From a bacterium (GTDB lineage: Bacteria; Verrucomicrobiota; Kiritimatiellia; CAIKKV01; CAITUY01): 64,000 nt of DNA. The stretch's first letter is position 1, and the number at the start of each line of letters is the position of its first letter. The position numbers and the translations under genes are program-made. Below the pieces are notes generated by a model that was given only the letters and a program-made list of their open reading frames with translations, did not search any database and was not told where the DNA came from. The stretch is taken from NCBI GenBank assembly GCA_037132275.1, contig JBAXPK010000009.1:1655-65654 (forward strand). The letters run 5' to 3'. This document shows, piece by piece, positions 54,453 to 63,346 of the stretch.

Positions 54453-54731
54453 ATGAAAGCATTACTATTAGTGGGAGTGTTGCTGGCGTCGGTGTCCATG
54501 GCGTTCGCCGGGTCAACCGATGGGGTTGCGGCAAAGGCGCAAACGGCTTGCCCGATCATGGGCGAAGCCGTTAACTCGAAGGTCTTCGTGGATTATCAGG
54601 GGCAGCGCATCTATTTCTGCTGCAACCATTGCCCGGCGATCTTCAATAAAGATCCGGAAAAGTACATCAAGAAGATGAAAGACCAGGGAGTGACGTTGGA
54701 GAAGACTCCCGTCGCGGCGGATAAAAAGTAG
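54453..54731 (+). CDS. Secreted YHS/TRASH-type metal-binding protein
   Basis: Signal peptide MKALLLVGVLLASVSMAFA, then CPIMGE..YQGQRIYFCCNHC..F..DPEKY. Confidence 0.7.
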   Translation: MKALLLVGVLLASVSMAFAGSTDGVAAKAQTACPIMGEAVNSKVFVDYQGQRIYFCCNHCPAIFNKDPEKYIKKMKDQGVTLEKTPVAADKK

Positions 54732-54753
54732 GAACTCAGGCTTCGGAGAGGAA

Positions 54754-54862
54754 AAGAATTTGAACAGAAGCACACGAAGACCGCAAAGGTAATGGGTTTT
54801 CCGCCGGAGGCGGGGAAGAAAATTCTTCTTCGCGATCTTCGCGAACTTCTGTTCAAATTCTT
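54754..54862. repeat. Palindromic intergenic repeat, copy 1 (immediately upstream of cusC)
   Basis: Perfect 17-bp arms AAGAATTTGAACAGAAG (54754-54770) / CTTCTGTTCAAATTCTT (54846-54862). Central CCGCC-GGA-GGCGG (54801-54813). Confidence 0.85.
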
Positions 54863-54873
54863 CGTTTTGGTTT

Positions 54874-56133
54874 ATGAACTTGAAAGCCCATTTTATCGGT
54901 TGCTTGCTACTTCTCACGGCTTTACCAACCCTGGCCGGGGATACCAATTCCCTTACGCTCCAGCAGGTGATGGCGGCATCACGGGCCGATAACGCCACGC
55001 TTCGTGCCCTCGCGCAGAAAGCCGGAGCCATGGGCGAACGGTCGCGACAGGCGGGCTCCCTGGCCAATCCCATGCTGACCTATCGCGGTATGAATTCCAC
55101 CAGCGGGGGACAGTGGCCTAACTCGGATGAGAAACGACTCGAAATCGAGCAGGCCTTTCCCTGGCCGGGCAAACGGGGACTGACGCAGGTGATGGCCGAG
55201 AAGGAAGCGGATGCCATGCAGTCCGAGGCCCGGGCTATGGAGCTTGATGTGGAAATGCTGGCCGCCGAAACCTTTTATGCGTTATATGCCGTCCAGCAAT
55301 CGCTGGCGATCACCCGTTCCGAGGAAGCCCTGTTGCGCCGTATCGAAGACCTGGCTACCACCCGCTATGCCACGGGCGCTGTCGGCCAACAGGATGTCTT
55401 GAAGGCTCAAACCGAAATCACCCTGCTTCATCAAAAGCAAATTGATCTCGAAGTCCGCGAGTTCATGCTGAAAACCAAACTCAATACCCTCATGAATCGG
55501 CCCGTCACCGCGCCGATGGGGCAGGTCGTCGCGCCCCTGCAAAAGGGATCCATTGATGATGCGGAACGGATTGCCGCCCAAGCGCTTGCGCGCCGCCCGG
55601 AAATCAAACTGGCGCAGGCGCGGATTGAGCGGGCGCAGGCGGGGCAGGCCTTCATGAAGAAAGAGGGGTTGCCCGATTACAAGGTTGGACTGGAATACCG
55701 GAGCATGCCGGCTGATGACCAGGTGATGTTCATGGTGGGAATCGAACTTCCCCTCTGGCGAAGCAAGATCGGTGCCGGTGTGCGCGAAGCGGGGCTCACG
55801 CTTCAGTCGGAACAGGCGGCCCGTGAGGCGGCGGAGCGGCAGGTGGCCCGGGAGGTTCAGGATGCCTTGACGCAAGTTCGGGCGGCACAACGGACGCTGA
55901 CGCTTACCCGCAAGGAACTGATTCCCCAGGCTGAACTGCGGTTCGCCGCCAGCGAGGCGGCCTATCGGGGCGGCGGCAAGGGCGACTTTATGGATCTTTT
56001 GGAGAGTCAGCGGTTTCTGCTGAATGCGCGGGTGATGGCGGTGACGGCCGAGGGCGAGTTGGGCATGCAGTGGGTCCGGTTGGCGAGGGCTGCAGGACTG
56101 GGAGTTCTGGAAATCAGAGAAGAGGTAAAATGA
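54874..56133 (+). CDS. cusC: TolC-family outer-membrane efflux protein (CusC-like)
   Basis: Signal peptide, two-repeat OEP architecture, operon with the RND pump. Confidence 0.85.
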   Translation: MNLKAHFIGCLLLLTALPTLAGDTNSLTLQQVMAASRADNATLRALAQKAGAMGERSRQAGSLANPMLTYRGMNSTSGGQWPNSDEKRLEIEQAFPWPGKRGLTQVMAEKEADAMQSEARAMELDVEMLAAETFYALYAVQQSLAITRSEEALLRRIEDLATTRYATGAVGQQDVLKAQTEITLLHQKQIDLEVREFMLKTKLNTLMNRPVTAPMGQVVAPLQKGSIDDAERIAAQALARRPEIKLAQARIERAQAGQAFMKKEGLPDYKVGLEYRSMPADDQVMFMVGIELPLWRSKIGAGVREAGLTLQSEQAAREAAERQVAREVQDALTQVRAAQRTLTLTRKELIPQAELRFAASEAAYRGGGKGDFMDLLESQRFLLNARVMAVTAEGELGMQWVRLARAAGLGVLEIREEVK

Positions 56134-57368
56134 AAATGCGAGCCATGATAGTTGTCATGTTGTGCATCCTGGGCGCAGGGCTCATGACATTGCCGATGGG
56201 CTGCCGTGATCAGAACCATTCGCGCGGTACCGCCAAGGTCGCGCAGTATCATTGCCCCATGCATCCCACGGTGGTTGACAACAAGCCCAGTGACTGCCCG
56301 ATTTGCGGGATGAAACTGGTGCTGATCGACGAACCAGCGGCAAAGTCGGGTGCGGGGTCGGTTGCCGGACAGGTCGCGGGGTTGGCGGCCGTCACCATTT
56401 CCCTGGAGGCGCGTGAGCGCATGGGGCTCACGTTGGGTACGGTTGAACCGCGCGTCTTTACGCGATCCCTTCGAACCTCGGCGCGGATCGTGCCTGATGA
56501 GACCCGTCAGTACCGGGTGACGACGAAGGTGGAGGGATGGGTGGAGTCGCTGTCCGTGGGAGCCACCGGTCAGGCGGTGAAGAAAGGCGAGCCGCTTCTC
56601 TCTCTTTACAGCCCGGAACTGGTGTCGGCCCAGCAGGAGTATTTGATTGCCATCCACTCCAAAATGCTGGCGGGTGAGGGGGGCGATGCGTTATTGGCGG
56701 CGGCCCGGCGTCGGCTTCAGTTGCGGGATATCACCGATGAGCAAATCGCCCAGTTGGAAAAACGGGGTGAACCCCTGAAGGCTCTGACCCTTTTTGCCCC
56801 GGCCTCGGGGCGGATCACGGAAAAGAGCGTCCTGGCGGGCCAGAAAATCATGCCGGGCGAGTCCTTGATGGTGGTGAGCGACTTCTCCGTGGTGTGGGGA
56901 GATGCCGATATCTATGAATCGGATCTGCCGTTCGTGCATGAGGGCCTGCCAATGGAGATATCCTTGCCATTCTGGCCCGGGAAGAATTTCCAGGGTGTGA
57001 TCAGCTATGTGGCGCCCAGTCTCGATCCTGTGAGCCGGACGGTAAAAGCGCGGTTGGTCATTCCGAATCCGGAGTTGCTTCTCAAGCCTGAAATGTATGC
57101 CGAGGCCCGGCTATCCTATTCTTTGGGAGAGCGGCTTGCCGTGCCAGAGGCGGCGGTGATGCGTACGGGTGAACGGGGTTATGCCTTCCGGGATGGCGGC
57201 GATGGCCAATTGGTTCCGGTTGAGGTGGAACTGGGCGCGCACATGGATGGCTTTTACGAAGTGCTGTCAGGGTTGAAAGCCGGTGAGCGGGTGGTCACGT
57301 CCGCGAATTTTCTGGTGGATTCAGAATCTTCAATGCGGGCCGCGCTGGAGGCGGTTTCGGGGAAATAA
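56130..57368 (+). CDS. cusB: RND efflux periplasmic adaptor (CusB-like) with an N-terminal CxxxH..CPICGM metal-binding domain
   Basis: YHCPMHPTVV..DCPICGMKL motif, then HlyD/MFP barrel-sandwich repeats. ATGA overlap with cusC. Confidence 0.85.
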   Translation: MKMRAMIVVMLCILGAGLMTLPMGCRDQNHSRGTAKVAQYHCPMHPTVVDNKPSDCPICGMKLVLIDEPAAKSGAGSVAGQVAGLAAVTISLEARERMGLTLGTVEPRVFTRSLRTSARIVPDETRQYRVTTKVEGWVESLSVGATGQAVKKGEPLLSLYSPELVSAQQEYLIAIHSKMLAGEGGDALLAAARRRLQLRDITDEQIAQLEKRGEPLKALTLFAPASGRITEKSVLAGQKIMPGESLMVVSDFSVVWGDADIYESDLPFVHEGLPMEISLPFWPGKNFQGVISYVAPSLDPVSRTVKARLVIPNPELLLKPEMYAEARLSYSLGERLAVPEAAVMRTGERGYAFRDGGDGQLVPVEVELGAHMDGFYEVLSGLKAGERVVTSANFLVDSESSMRAALEAVSGK

Positions 57369-57371
57369 TCC

Positions 57372-60300
57372 ATGATCAAGCGCATTATTGAATTTAGCGC
57401 GCGCAACCGGGTGCTGGTCATTATGCTGGTGGTGGCCGCCATGGCCTACGCCATGCATGCGCTCCGGAATATCAACCTGGACGCGATTCCCGACCTGAGC
57501 GATACCCAGGTGATTGTCCAGTCCCGCTGGGATCGCAGTCCCGATATCATTGAAGACCAGATTACCTATCCGGTCATCACAGCTTTGCTGGGCGCGCCGA
57601 AGGTCAAGGCGATCCGCGGCTTCAGCGATTTTGGGTTCTCCTACGTGTATGTCATCTTTCAGGACGGAACCGATATCTACTGGGCGCGCAGTCGTGTGGT
57701 GGAATATTTGTCCAAACTTCAAGGCGCCCTGCCCGCCGGGGTGACTCCCCAGCTCGGACCGGATGCGACGGGGGTAGGGTGGGTCTATCAGTATGCCCTG
57801 GTTGACAAGAGCGGCACACACAATCTGGCCGACCTGCGCAGTTTTCAGGATTGGACGCTGCGCTATGCCCTGCAAAGTGTGCCGGGTGTGGCCGAGGTGG
57901 CGGGAATTGGCGGCTTCCAAAAGCAGTATCAGGTCACGGTGGATCCGGCCCGGTTGCAGAGTTATGGCGTTTCAATGATGGATGTCGCCGGCGCGGTGAA
58001 ACGCAGTAACAACGAAGTCGGCGGCCGGTTATTGGAGTGGAGCGGCCGGGAATACATGGTGCGCGGGCGGGGCTATGTGACGTCCACGGAGGATATCGGC
58101 AAGGCCGTGGTCAGGGCGGGAAACACCGGCACGCCGGTGTTGCTGCGCGATGTCGCGACCGTTGCCCTGGGATCCCAGATCCGGCGCGGGGTTTCCGATT
58201 TGGACGGCAATGGCGATACGGTGGGCGGCATTGTGGTCATGCGGCACGGTGAAAATGCCTTGAACGTCATTGAGCGGGTGAAGGCGAAACTCGACGAACT
58301 CAAGCCGTCGCTGCCCAAGGGCGTGGAGGTGGTGACGACCTATGACCGATCCGGCCTGATTAAGCGGGCGATTGCCAGTCTCAAGGATGACCTGGTGATG
58401 GAAATGATCATCGTCAGTCTGGTCATTTTGTTTTTCCTGTGGCATCTTCCCTCTGCCATGGTGCCGATCCTGACCATTCCGGTCTCGGTGCTGTTATGTT
58501 TCATCCCACTGTATTTGATGGGGATCAGCTCCAACATCATGAGTCTCTCCGGGCTTGCCATATCAATCGGTGTGCTGGTGGATGGCGCGATTGTTGAAGT
58601 CGAAAATGCGTACCGGAAACTTGAACTCTGGAAACGGTCGGGTGGCAAGGGGGACTGTCATGCGATCCGGCTGGAGGCGCTCATTGAGGTCGCGCCCTCG
58701 GTCTTTTTCTCGTTGCTGGTGGTGGCGGTCTCCTTTCTGCCGGTGTTTACGCTGGTGGATCAGGAGGGGCGGCTCTTTACGCCGCTGGCCTACACCAAGA
58801 CGCTGGCCATCGCCATGGCGGCGCTGCTGGCGGTGACGCTCGATCCGGCCGTGCGCATGTTGTTCACCCGCATGGATGACTATAAATTCCGCTGGAAACC
58901 GTTGTCGGGAGTATTAAACGCCCTGTTGGTAGGGCGCTATGTCCGCGAAGATAAGCATCCGGTCAGCCGGTTGCTGTTTGCGCTTTATGAGCGGCCCTGT
59001 CGCTGGGTTCTGCGTCATCCCAGGACGGTGATTACGCTCGCCGTCGCGATTGTGGCGAGCACGGTGCCGGTGTATCTGAAATTGGGCAGCGAGTTCATGC
59101 CGCCCCTGGATGAAGGCACGATTCTCTATATGCCCACCACGATGCCCGGTATCTCGGTGACCGAGGCCCAGCGGTTGATGGAGACGCAGGACCGGATACT
59201 GCACACCTTCCCTGAGGTTGTCTCGGTCTTTGGCAAAGCCGGCCGCTCGGATACGTCCACCGATCCCGCCCCGTTCTCGATGATGGAGACCACGGTGGCG
59301 CTGAAACCGATGGCCGAATGGCGTGCGAAACCTTGCTGGTATTCAAATTTTGCCCCTCCGTGGCTGCGCTCTGTGCTGGGCCATATCTGGCCGGAACATA
59401 TCTCGCGGGAGGAACTGATCGCCGAGTTGGATCGCGCCCTCAAGATCCCCGGCTCGGTCAACGCCTGGACCATGCCGATCAAGGGTCGGATCGATATGCT
59501 TACCACCGGGGTGCGCACCCCCGTCGGAATCAAGGTGTTTGGCAAAGACCTCGCCGAGATTCAGCACGTGGGGGAGTCGATTGAAGGGGTTCTGCAAAAG
59601 GTGCCCGGAACACGCAGCGTGTTTGCCGAGCGCGCCTCCGGCGGGTTCTTTGTGGATATTGTACCCAGGCGTGAGGCCTTGGCCCGCTATGGGCTGACCG
59701 TGGATGACCTGCAGGCGGTGGTCATGTCCGCCATTGGCGGCGAAACCGTTTCGACCACGATTGAAGGCCGCGAGCGTTACAGCATCAACGTGCGCTACCC
59801 GCGTGATCTGCGCAGTCACCTGGATGAACTGCAGCGGGTTCTGGTGACGGCCCGTATGGGCGACGTGCAGGTCCCGTTGTCCGAGGTGGCCGATCTCGCG
59901 CTGGTCAACGGGCCCGCCATGATCCGCGACGAAAACGGAATGCTGGCGGGTTACGTCTATGTGGATATCGCCGGGCGTGACCTGGGCGGCTATGTGGAGG
60001 AGGCCAAGCGGGTGGTGGGCGAAAAGGTGTCGCTCCCGACGGGTTATTCACTGGTCTGGAGCGGGCAATACGAGAACATGATGCGGGTACGGGAACGAAT
60101 GAAGGTGGTGGTGCCGCTGACCATCGGGTTGATCTTCCTGCTGCTCTATATGAACACCAAGTCCGCGTTCAAGACGCTGGTGGTGATGCTGGCCGTGCCG
60201 TTTTCGCTGGTGGGCGCCGTGTGGCTGCTCTATCTGCTTGGCTACAACATGTCCGTGGCCGTCTGGGTGGGCATGATTGCCTTGATGGGGCTGGATGCCG

Positions 60301-60614
60301 AGACCGGGGTGTTTATGCTGCTGTTTCTTGATTTGTCGTATGCCGAGGCCAAACGGGAAGGACGTCTGCGAACCCTGGCCGACTTGCATGAGGCCATCGT
60401 GCATGGCGCGGTCAAGCGTATCCGGCCCAAACTAATGACCGTGGCTGCCGCCTCCATGGGTTTGATGCCGATCATGTGGTCCATCGGAACAGGGTCAGAC
60501 CTGATGAAGCGGGTGGCCGCCCCCATGGTCGGTGGGCTGTTTACCTCGTTCCTGATGGAGTTGCTTGTCTACCCCGCCATCTATCTCCTATGGAAACGCC
60601 GCGCCACTACATAG
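57372..60614 (+). CDS. cusA: Heavy-metal efflux RND transporter (CusA/CzcA family)
   Basis: 1080 aa with MIKRIIEFSARNRVLV.. N-terminus, 12-TM RND architecture and CusA/CzcA-like conserved blocks. Confidence 0.93.
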   Translation: MIKRIIEFSARNRVLVIMLVVAAMAYAMHALRNINLDAIPDLSDTQVIVQSRWDRSPDIIEDQITYPVITALLGAPKVKAIRGFSDFGFSYVYVIFQDGTDIYWARSRVVEYLSKLQGALPAGVTPQLGPDATGVGWVYQYALVDKSGTHNLADLRSFQDWTLRYALQSVPGVAEVAGIGGFQKQYQVTVDPARLQSYGVSMMDVAGAVKRSNNEVGGRLLEWSGREYMVRGRGYVTSTEDIGKAVVRAGNTGTPVLLRDVATVALGSQIRRGVSDLDGNGDTVGGIVVMRHGENALNVIERVKAKLDELKPSLPKGVEVVTTYDRSGLIKRAIASLKDDLVMEMIIVSLVILFFLWHLPSAMVPILTIPVSVLLCFIPLYLMGISSNIMSLSGLAISIGVLVDGAIVEVENAYRKLELWKRSGGKGDCHAIRLEALIEVAPSVFFSLLVVAVSFLPVFTLVDQEGRLFTPLAYTKTLAIAMAALLAVTLDPAVRMLFTRMDDYKFRWKPLSGVLNALLVGRYVREDKHPVSRLLFALYERPCRWVLRHPRTVITLAVAIVASTVPVYLKLGSEFMPPLDEGTILYMPTTMPGISVTEAQRLMETQDRILHTFPEVVSVFGKAGRSDTSTDPAPFSMMETTVALKPMAEWRAKPCWYSNFAPPWLRSVLGHIWPEHISREELIAELDRALKIPGSVNAWTMPIKGRIDMLTTGVRTPVGIKVFGKDLAEIQHVGESIEGVLQKVPGTRSVFAERASGGFFVDIVPRREALARYGLTVDDLQAVVMSAIGGETVSTTIEGRERYSINVRYPRDLRSHLDELQRVLVTARMGDVQVPLSEVADLALVNGPAMIRDENGMLAGYVYVDIAGRDLGGYVEEAKRVVGEKVSLPTGYSLVWSGQYENMMRVRERMKVVVPLTIGLIFLLLYMNTKSAFKTLVVMLAVPFSLVGAVWLLYLLGYNMSVAVWVGMIALMGLDAETGVFMLLFLDLSYAEAKREGRLRTLADLHEAIVHGAVKRIRPKLMTVAAASMGLMPIMWSIGTGSDLMKRVAAPMVGGLFTSFLMELLVYPAIYLLWKRRATT

Positions 60615-60662
60615 GGCACATGTCACGTCCGTAGGGGTTCTATTTGGTACTCAAGAGAAGAG

Positions 60663-60764
60663 TTTGAACAGAAGCACACAAAGATCACGAAGAATAAGAA
60701 TTATTATTACCGCCGGAGGCGGAAATAACAATTCCTTTGCGAGCTTCGTGGCCTTCTGTTCAAA
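60663..60764. repeat. Palindromic intergenic repeat, copy 2 (immediately downstream of cusA)
   Basis: TTTGAACAGAAGCACAC.. (60663-) / CTTCTGTTCAAA (60753-60764). Central CCGCC-GGA-GGCGG (60710-60722). The left arm matches copy 1 in the same orientation. Confidence 0.85.
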
Positions 60765-60883
60765 ATTATTGCCGGATTATAGGGGGCAAATACAAGTCCG
60801 ACGGGAGTGACATGCTCCCCACAGTCGCCCGGTAAGCCAAACTGGCTTGACGGGGGGAGCCCCATACATAAAACTCATCCGCT

Positions 60884-63346
60884 ATGTCTTTGGGCGAATC
60901 ATGCGATGTGGCTGTGATTGGGGGCGGGATCGGCGGATTGACTGCCGCCGCCCTTCTTTCCAAAGCCGGCCTCAAGGTCTCGGTGTTTGAAGCCCAGGGT
61001 CAGCCCGGCGGCTATCTTTGCGGCTTCGACCGCAACGGCTTTGCCTTCGATACGGCGATCCAATGGCTCAATCAGTGCCATTCCGGCGGGTTCGTCCACC
61101 GTCTGTTCAACACCCTCGGCGATGATTATCCCCGCTGTAAACCGCTCACGCGCATCAGCCGAACGCGGGGCGCCGCGTTCGATTACCTGCTCACCACCAA
61201 TCCCCTGGCCTTGCGGGATCGCCTGATTCAGGATTTCCCGGGCGACGAGAAAGGCATCCGCGCATTTTTCCGTGATGCGCAGGCGCTCGGCCTGCGGTGG
61301 GAACGCCTGAATGACTGTATCCGCACCAGCGAGACCATGGCCATTGCCGAGAAGTTCAGTCACGGGGGCCGGATGCTGGGATGGTGCCTCCCCATCATGA
61401 AGCATATCCGGGTCTCGGTTGATAAGGGTGTGGAGCGATATTTCCAAAATCCGGAACTGAAAAAACTCTTCGCCTGGCAGGAAAGTTTCATCGCCATGTT
61501 GATGCCGGTCGCCTGGGCCTTTACCGGAAATTTTCATGCGCCGCCGCGCGGCGGCAGCCGCGCCCTGGTGGCCTGGCTCTGTAAAAATATCGAGTCCACC
61601 GGTTCGGCGGTGTACCTGAATCAACGGGTCGCCCGCGTGTTGTTGAATGATCACAAACAGGCCGTTGGCGTATCCCTGGCCGATGGACGGGTGGTGCAGG
61701 CCGGGCAGGTTGTGTCGGCCGGCGATCTAAGGACGCTCTACGACGAGATGCTGCCCGCAGGATGCGTCTCCAACAGACTGCGGACTGCCGTGCGTACGGC
61801 CGACCTGTACTACTCGAATTTCTCCGTGTTCCTGGGCCTGGATTGCGACCCCGCCACGCTCGGATTCGGCGAGGAAATGCTTTACCTGACCAAAGATGGC
61901 GTCTCGCGTGAAGAGCAGTATGGCGGGGATCCGGAGAAAACCGCGCTGACGATCATGGCCCCGTCGGTTCGTGATCCTTCCGTGGCGCCGCCGGGGAAGG
62001 GGACGCTGACCATTCATTGCCCGGCCATTCTGAGCCGTTATGACACCTGGCACACCGAAGAAGGCAGGAAACGCGGCGCAGACTACAAGGCGTTCAAGAC
62101 GCAATTCGCCGAGACGTTGATCCGCCGTGTGGAGGAGGAGTTCGCGCCCGGGCTCCGCAGCCACATCGAAGTCATGGAAGCCGCGACCCCCGTGACGTAC
62201 TGGCGGTACACCGGCAATGCGGAGGGAAGCATCATGGGAACCCGGCCGACCGGCAAAAATATCCGCGCCCTGGTGTCCCGCTGCAAAACCCCTGTGAAAA
62301 ATCTCTTCGTGGCCGGGCATTGGGCGGATTATGGCGGAGGCGTTCCCGTCGCCATGCAGACCGGTGCCAATGCCGCCTTATTAATTCTGAATGAGCGCAA
62401 ACACCCCGCTCGCCAGGCGCTAAAAGCCTTGCTGGACGGGAAGGCGCGGGAACGGCTCACCATTGGGATCCCCCGGGCGCTTACCCATTACCTTTATCCT
62501 GAACTCTGGGAAACCTTCCTGACCGAACTGGGTATGAAGGTCGTCCTCTCCGCCCCAACCACCCGGAAGACCATCGAGCAAGCCGGTCTGGTTTCCGAGA
62601 CGGAACACTGCCTGCCCTTTAAGTTATTTGATGCCCATCTCGCCGAACTGGTCGGCAAGGTGGATATGATTTTTGTGCCGCGCCTCCTGTCGACACGCCG
62701 CAGGCATATTGCCTGCCCGAAACTCGGGGTGATGCCGGACAGCGCCCGCGCCCAGTTCCCGCAGGGCGTGAAGATCCTCACGCTGGATATCAATGAGGCC
62801 CTGACGCCGCTGGTCGACTCCCTGGCGCAACTGGGGCGTATGCTGAACGCGGACGAGGCGGTCATTGCGACGGCGACGTGCAGCGCGATGGCCGCCCTGC
62901 AGGCCGCCCGGAATAAAAGCGCCCCCCCGCGACAGCCGGACACGCTGTGTTTTCTCATGATCGGCCATCCCTACAACCTTCACGACCCGTATCTATCCGA
63001 ACTGATCCTCGGCAAACTCGACAGGTTGGGTGTCAGGGTGGAAACGGTTTCCTTTGCCGCGCAGGACATCGACTCGGAACCGATCAAGTGGGATATGTGC
63101 AGTGTCATCTACGATCAGTTGAACCGGCTGGAGCCTGCGGACTGTGACGGGGTGATTCAACTTAGTTCGTTCAATTGCGGCTGTGATTCGATTGTCAGCG
63201 TTCTGTTCCGTGAGATTTTGGAGGGGAAGAAGATTCCCCTCATGACGCTGGTGTTGGATGAACATGCCGGCCAGGCCGGTGTGGATACGCGGCTGGAAGC
63301 GTTTGTCGATTCCATAAAGGAGCAACATGCCGTCGCTGGCCATTGA
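60884..63346 (+). CDS. Fusion protein: CrtI/phytoene-desaturase-family FAD oxidoreductase (N) + acyl-CoA dehydratase activase-related (DUF2229-like) domain (C)
   Basis: CDVAVIGGGIGGLTAA Rossmann motif and CrtI-like C-terminal ..GHWADYGGGVP... From about aa 510: IGIPRALTHYLYPELWETFLTELGMKVVLS..CLPFKL..IFVPRL. Confidence 0.7.
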   Translation: MSLGESCDVAVIGGGIGGLTAAALLSKAGLKVSVFEAQGQPGGYLCGFDRNGFAFDTAIQWLNQCHSGGFVHRLFNTLGDDYPRCKPLTRISRTRGAAFDYLLTTNPLALRDRLIQDFPGDEKGIRAFFRDAQALGLRWERLNDCIRTSETMAIAEKFSHGGRMLGWCLPIMKHIRVSVDKGVERYFQNPELKKLFAWQESFIAMLMPVAWAFTGNFHAPPRGGSRALVAWLCKNIESTGSAVYLNQRVARVLLNDHKQAVGVSLADGRVVQAGQVVSAGDLRTLYDEMLPAGCVSNRLRTAVRTADLYYSNFSVFLGLDCDPATLGFGEEMLYLTKDGVSREEQYGGDPEKTALTIMAPSVRDPSVAPPGKGTLTIHCPAILSRYDTWHTEEGRKRGADYKAFKTQFAETLIRRVEEEFAPGLRSHIEVMEAATPVTYWRYTGNAEGSIMGTRPTGKNIRALVSRCKTPVKNLFVAGHWADYGGGVPVAMQTGANAALLILNERKHPARQALKALLDGKARERLTIGIPRALTHYLYPELWETFLTELGMKVVLSAPTTRKTIEQAGLVSETEHCLPFKLFDAHLAELVGKVDMIFVPRLLSTRRRHIACPKLGVMPDSARAQFPQGVKILTLDINEALTPLVDSLAQLGRMLNADEAVIATATCSAMAALQAARNKSAPPRQPDTLCFLMIGHPYNLHDPYLSELILGKLDRLGVRVETVSFAAQDIDSEPIKWDMCSVIYDQLNRLEPADCDGVIQLSSFNCGCDSIVSVLFREILEGKKIPLMTLVLDEHAGQAGVDTRLEAFVDSIKEQHAVAGH

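Noticed and set aside
54513-55073. ORFs lying in or across the palindromic repeats: 54513-55073 (-), 54611-54856 (-), 54792-54992 (+), 60565-60810 (+).
   Set aside because: They are generated by the inverted-repeat elements (translations such as ..FEQKFAKIAKKNFLP.., ..LLFKFF..). They overlap well-supported genes or their signals.
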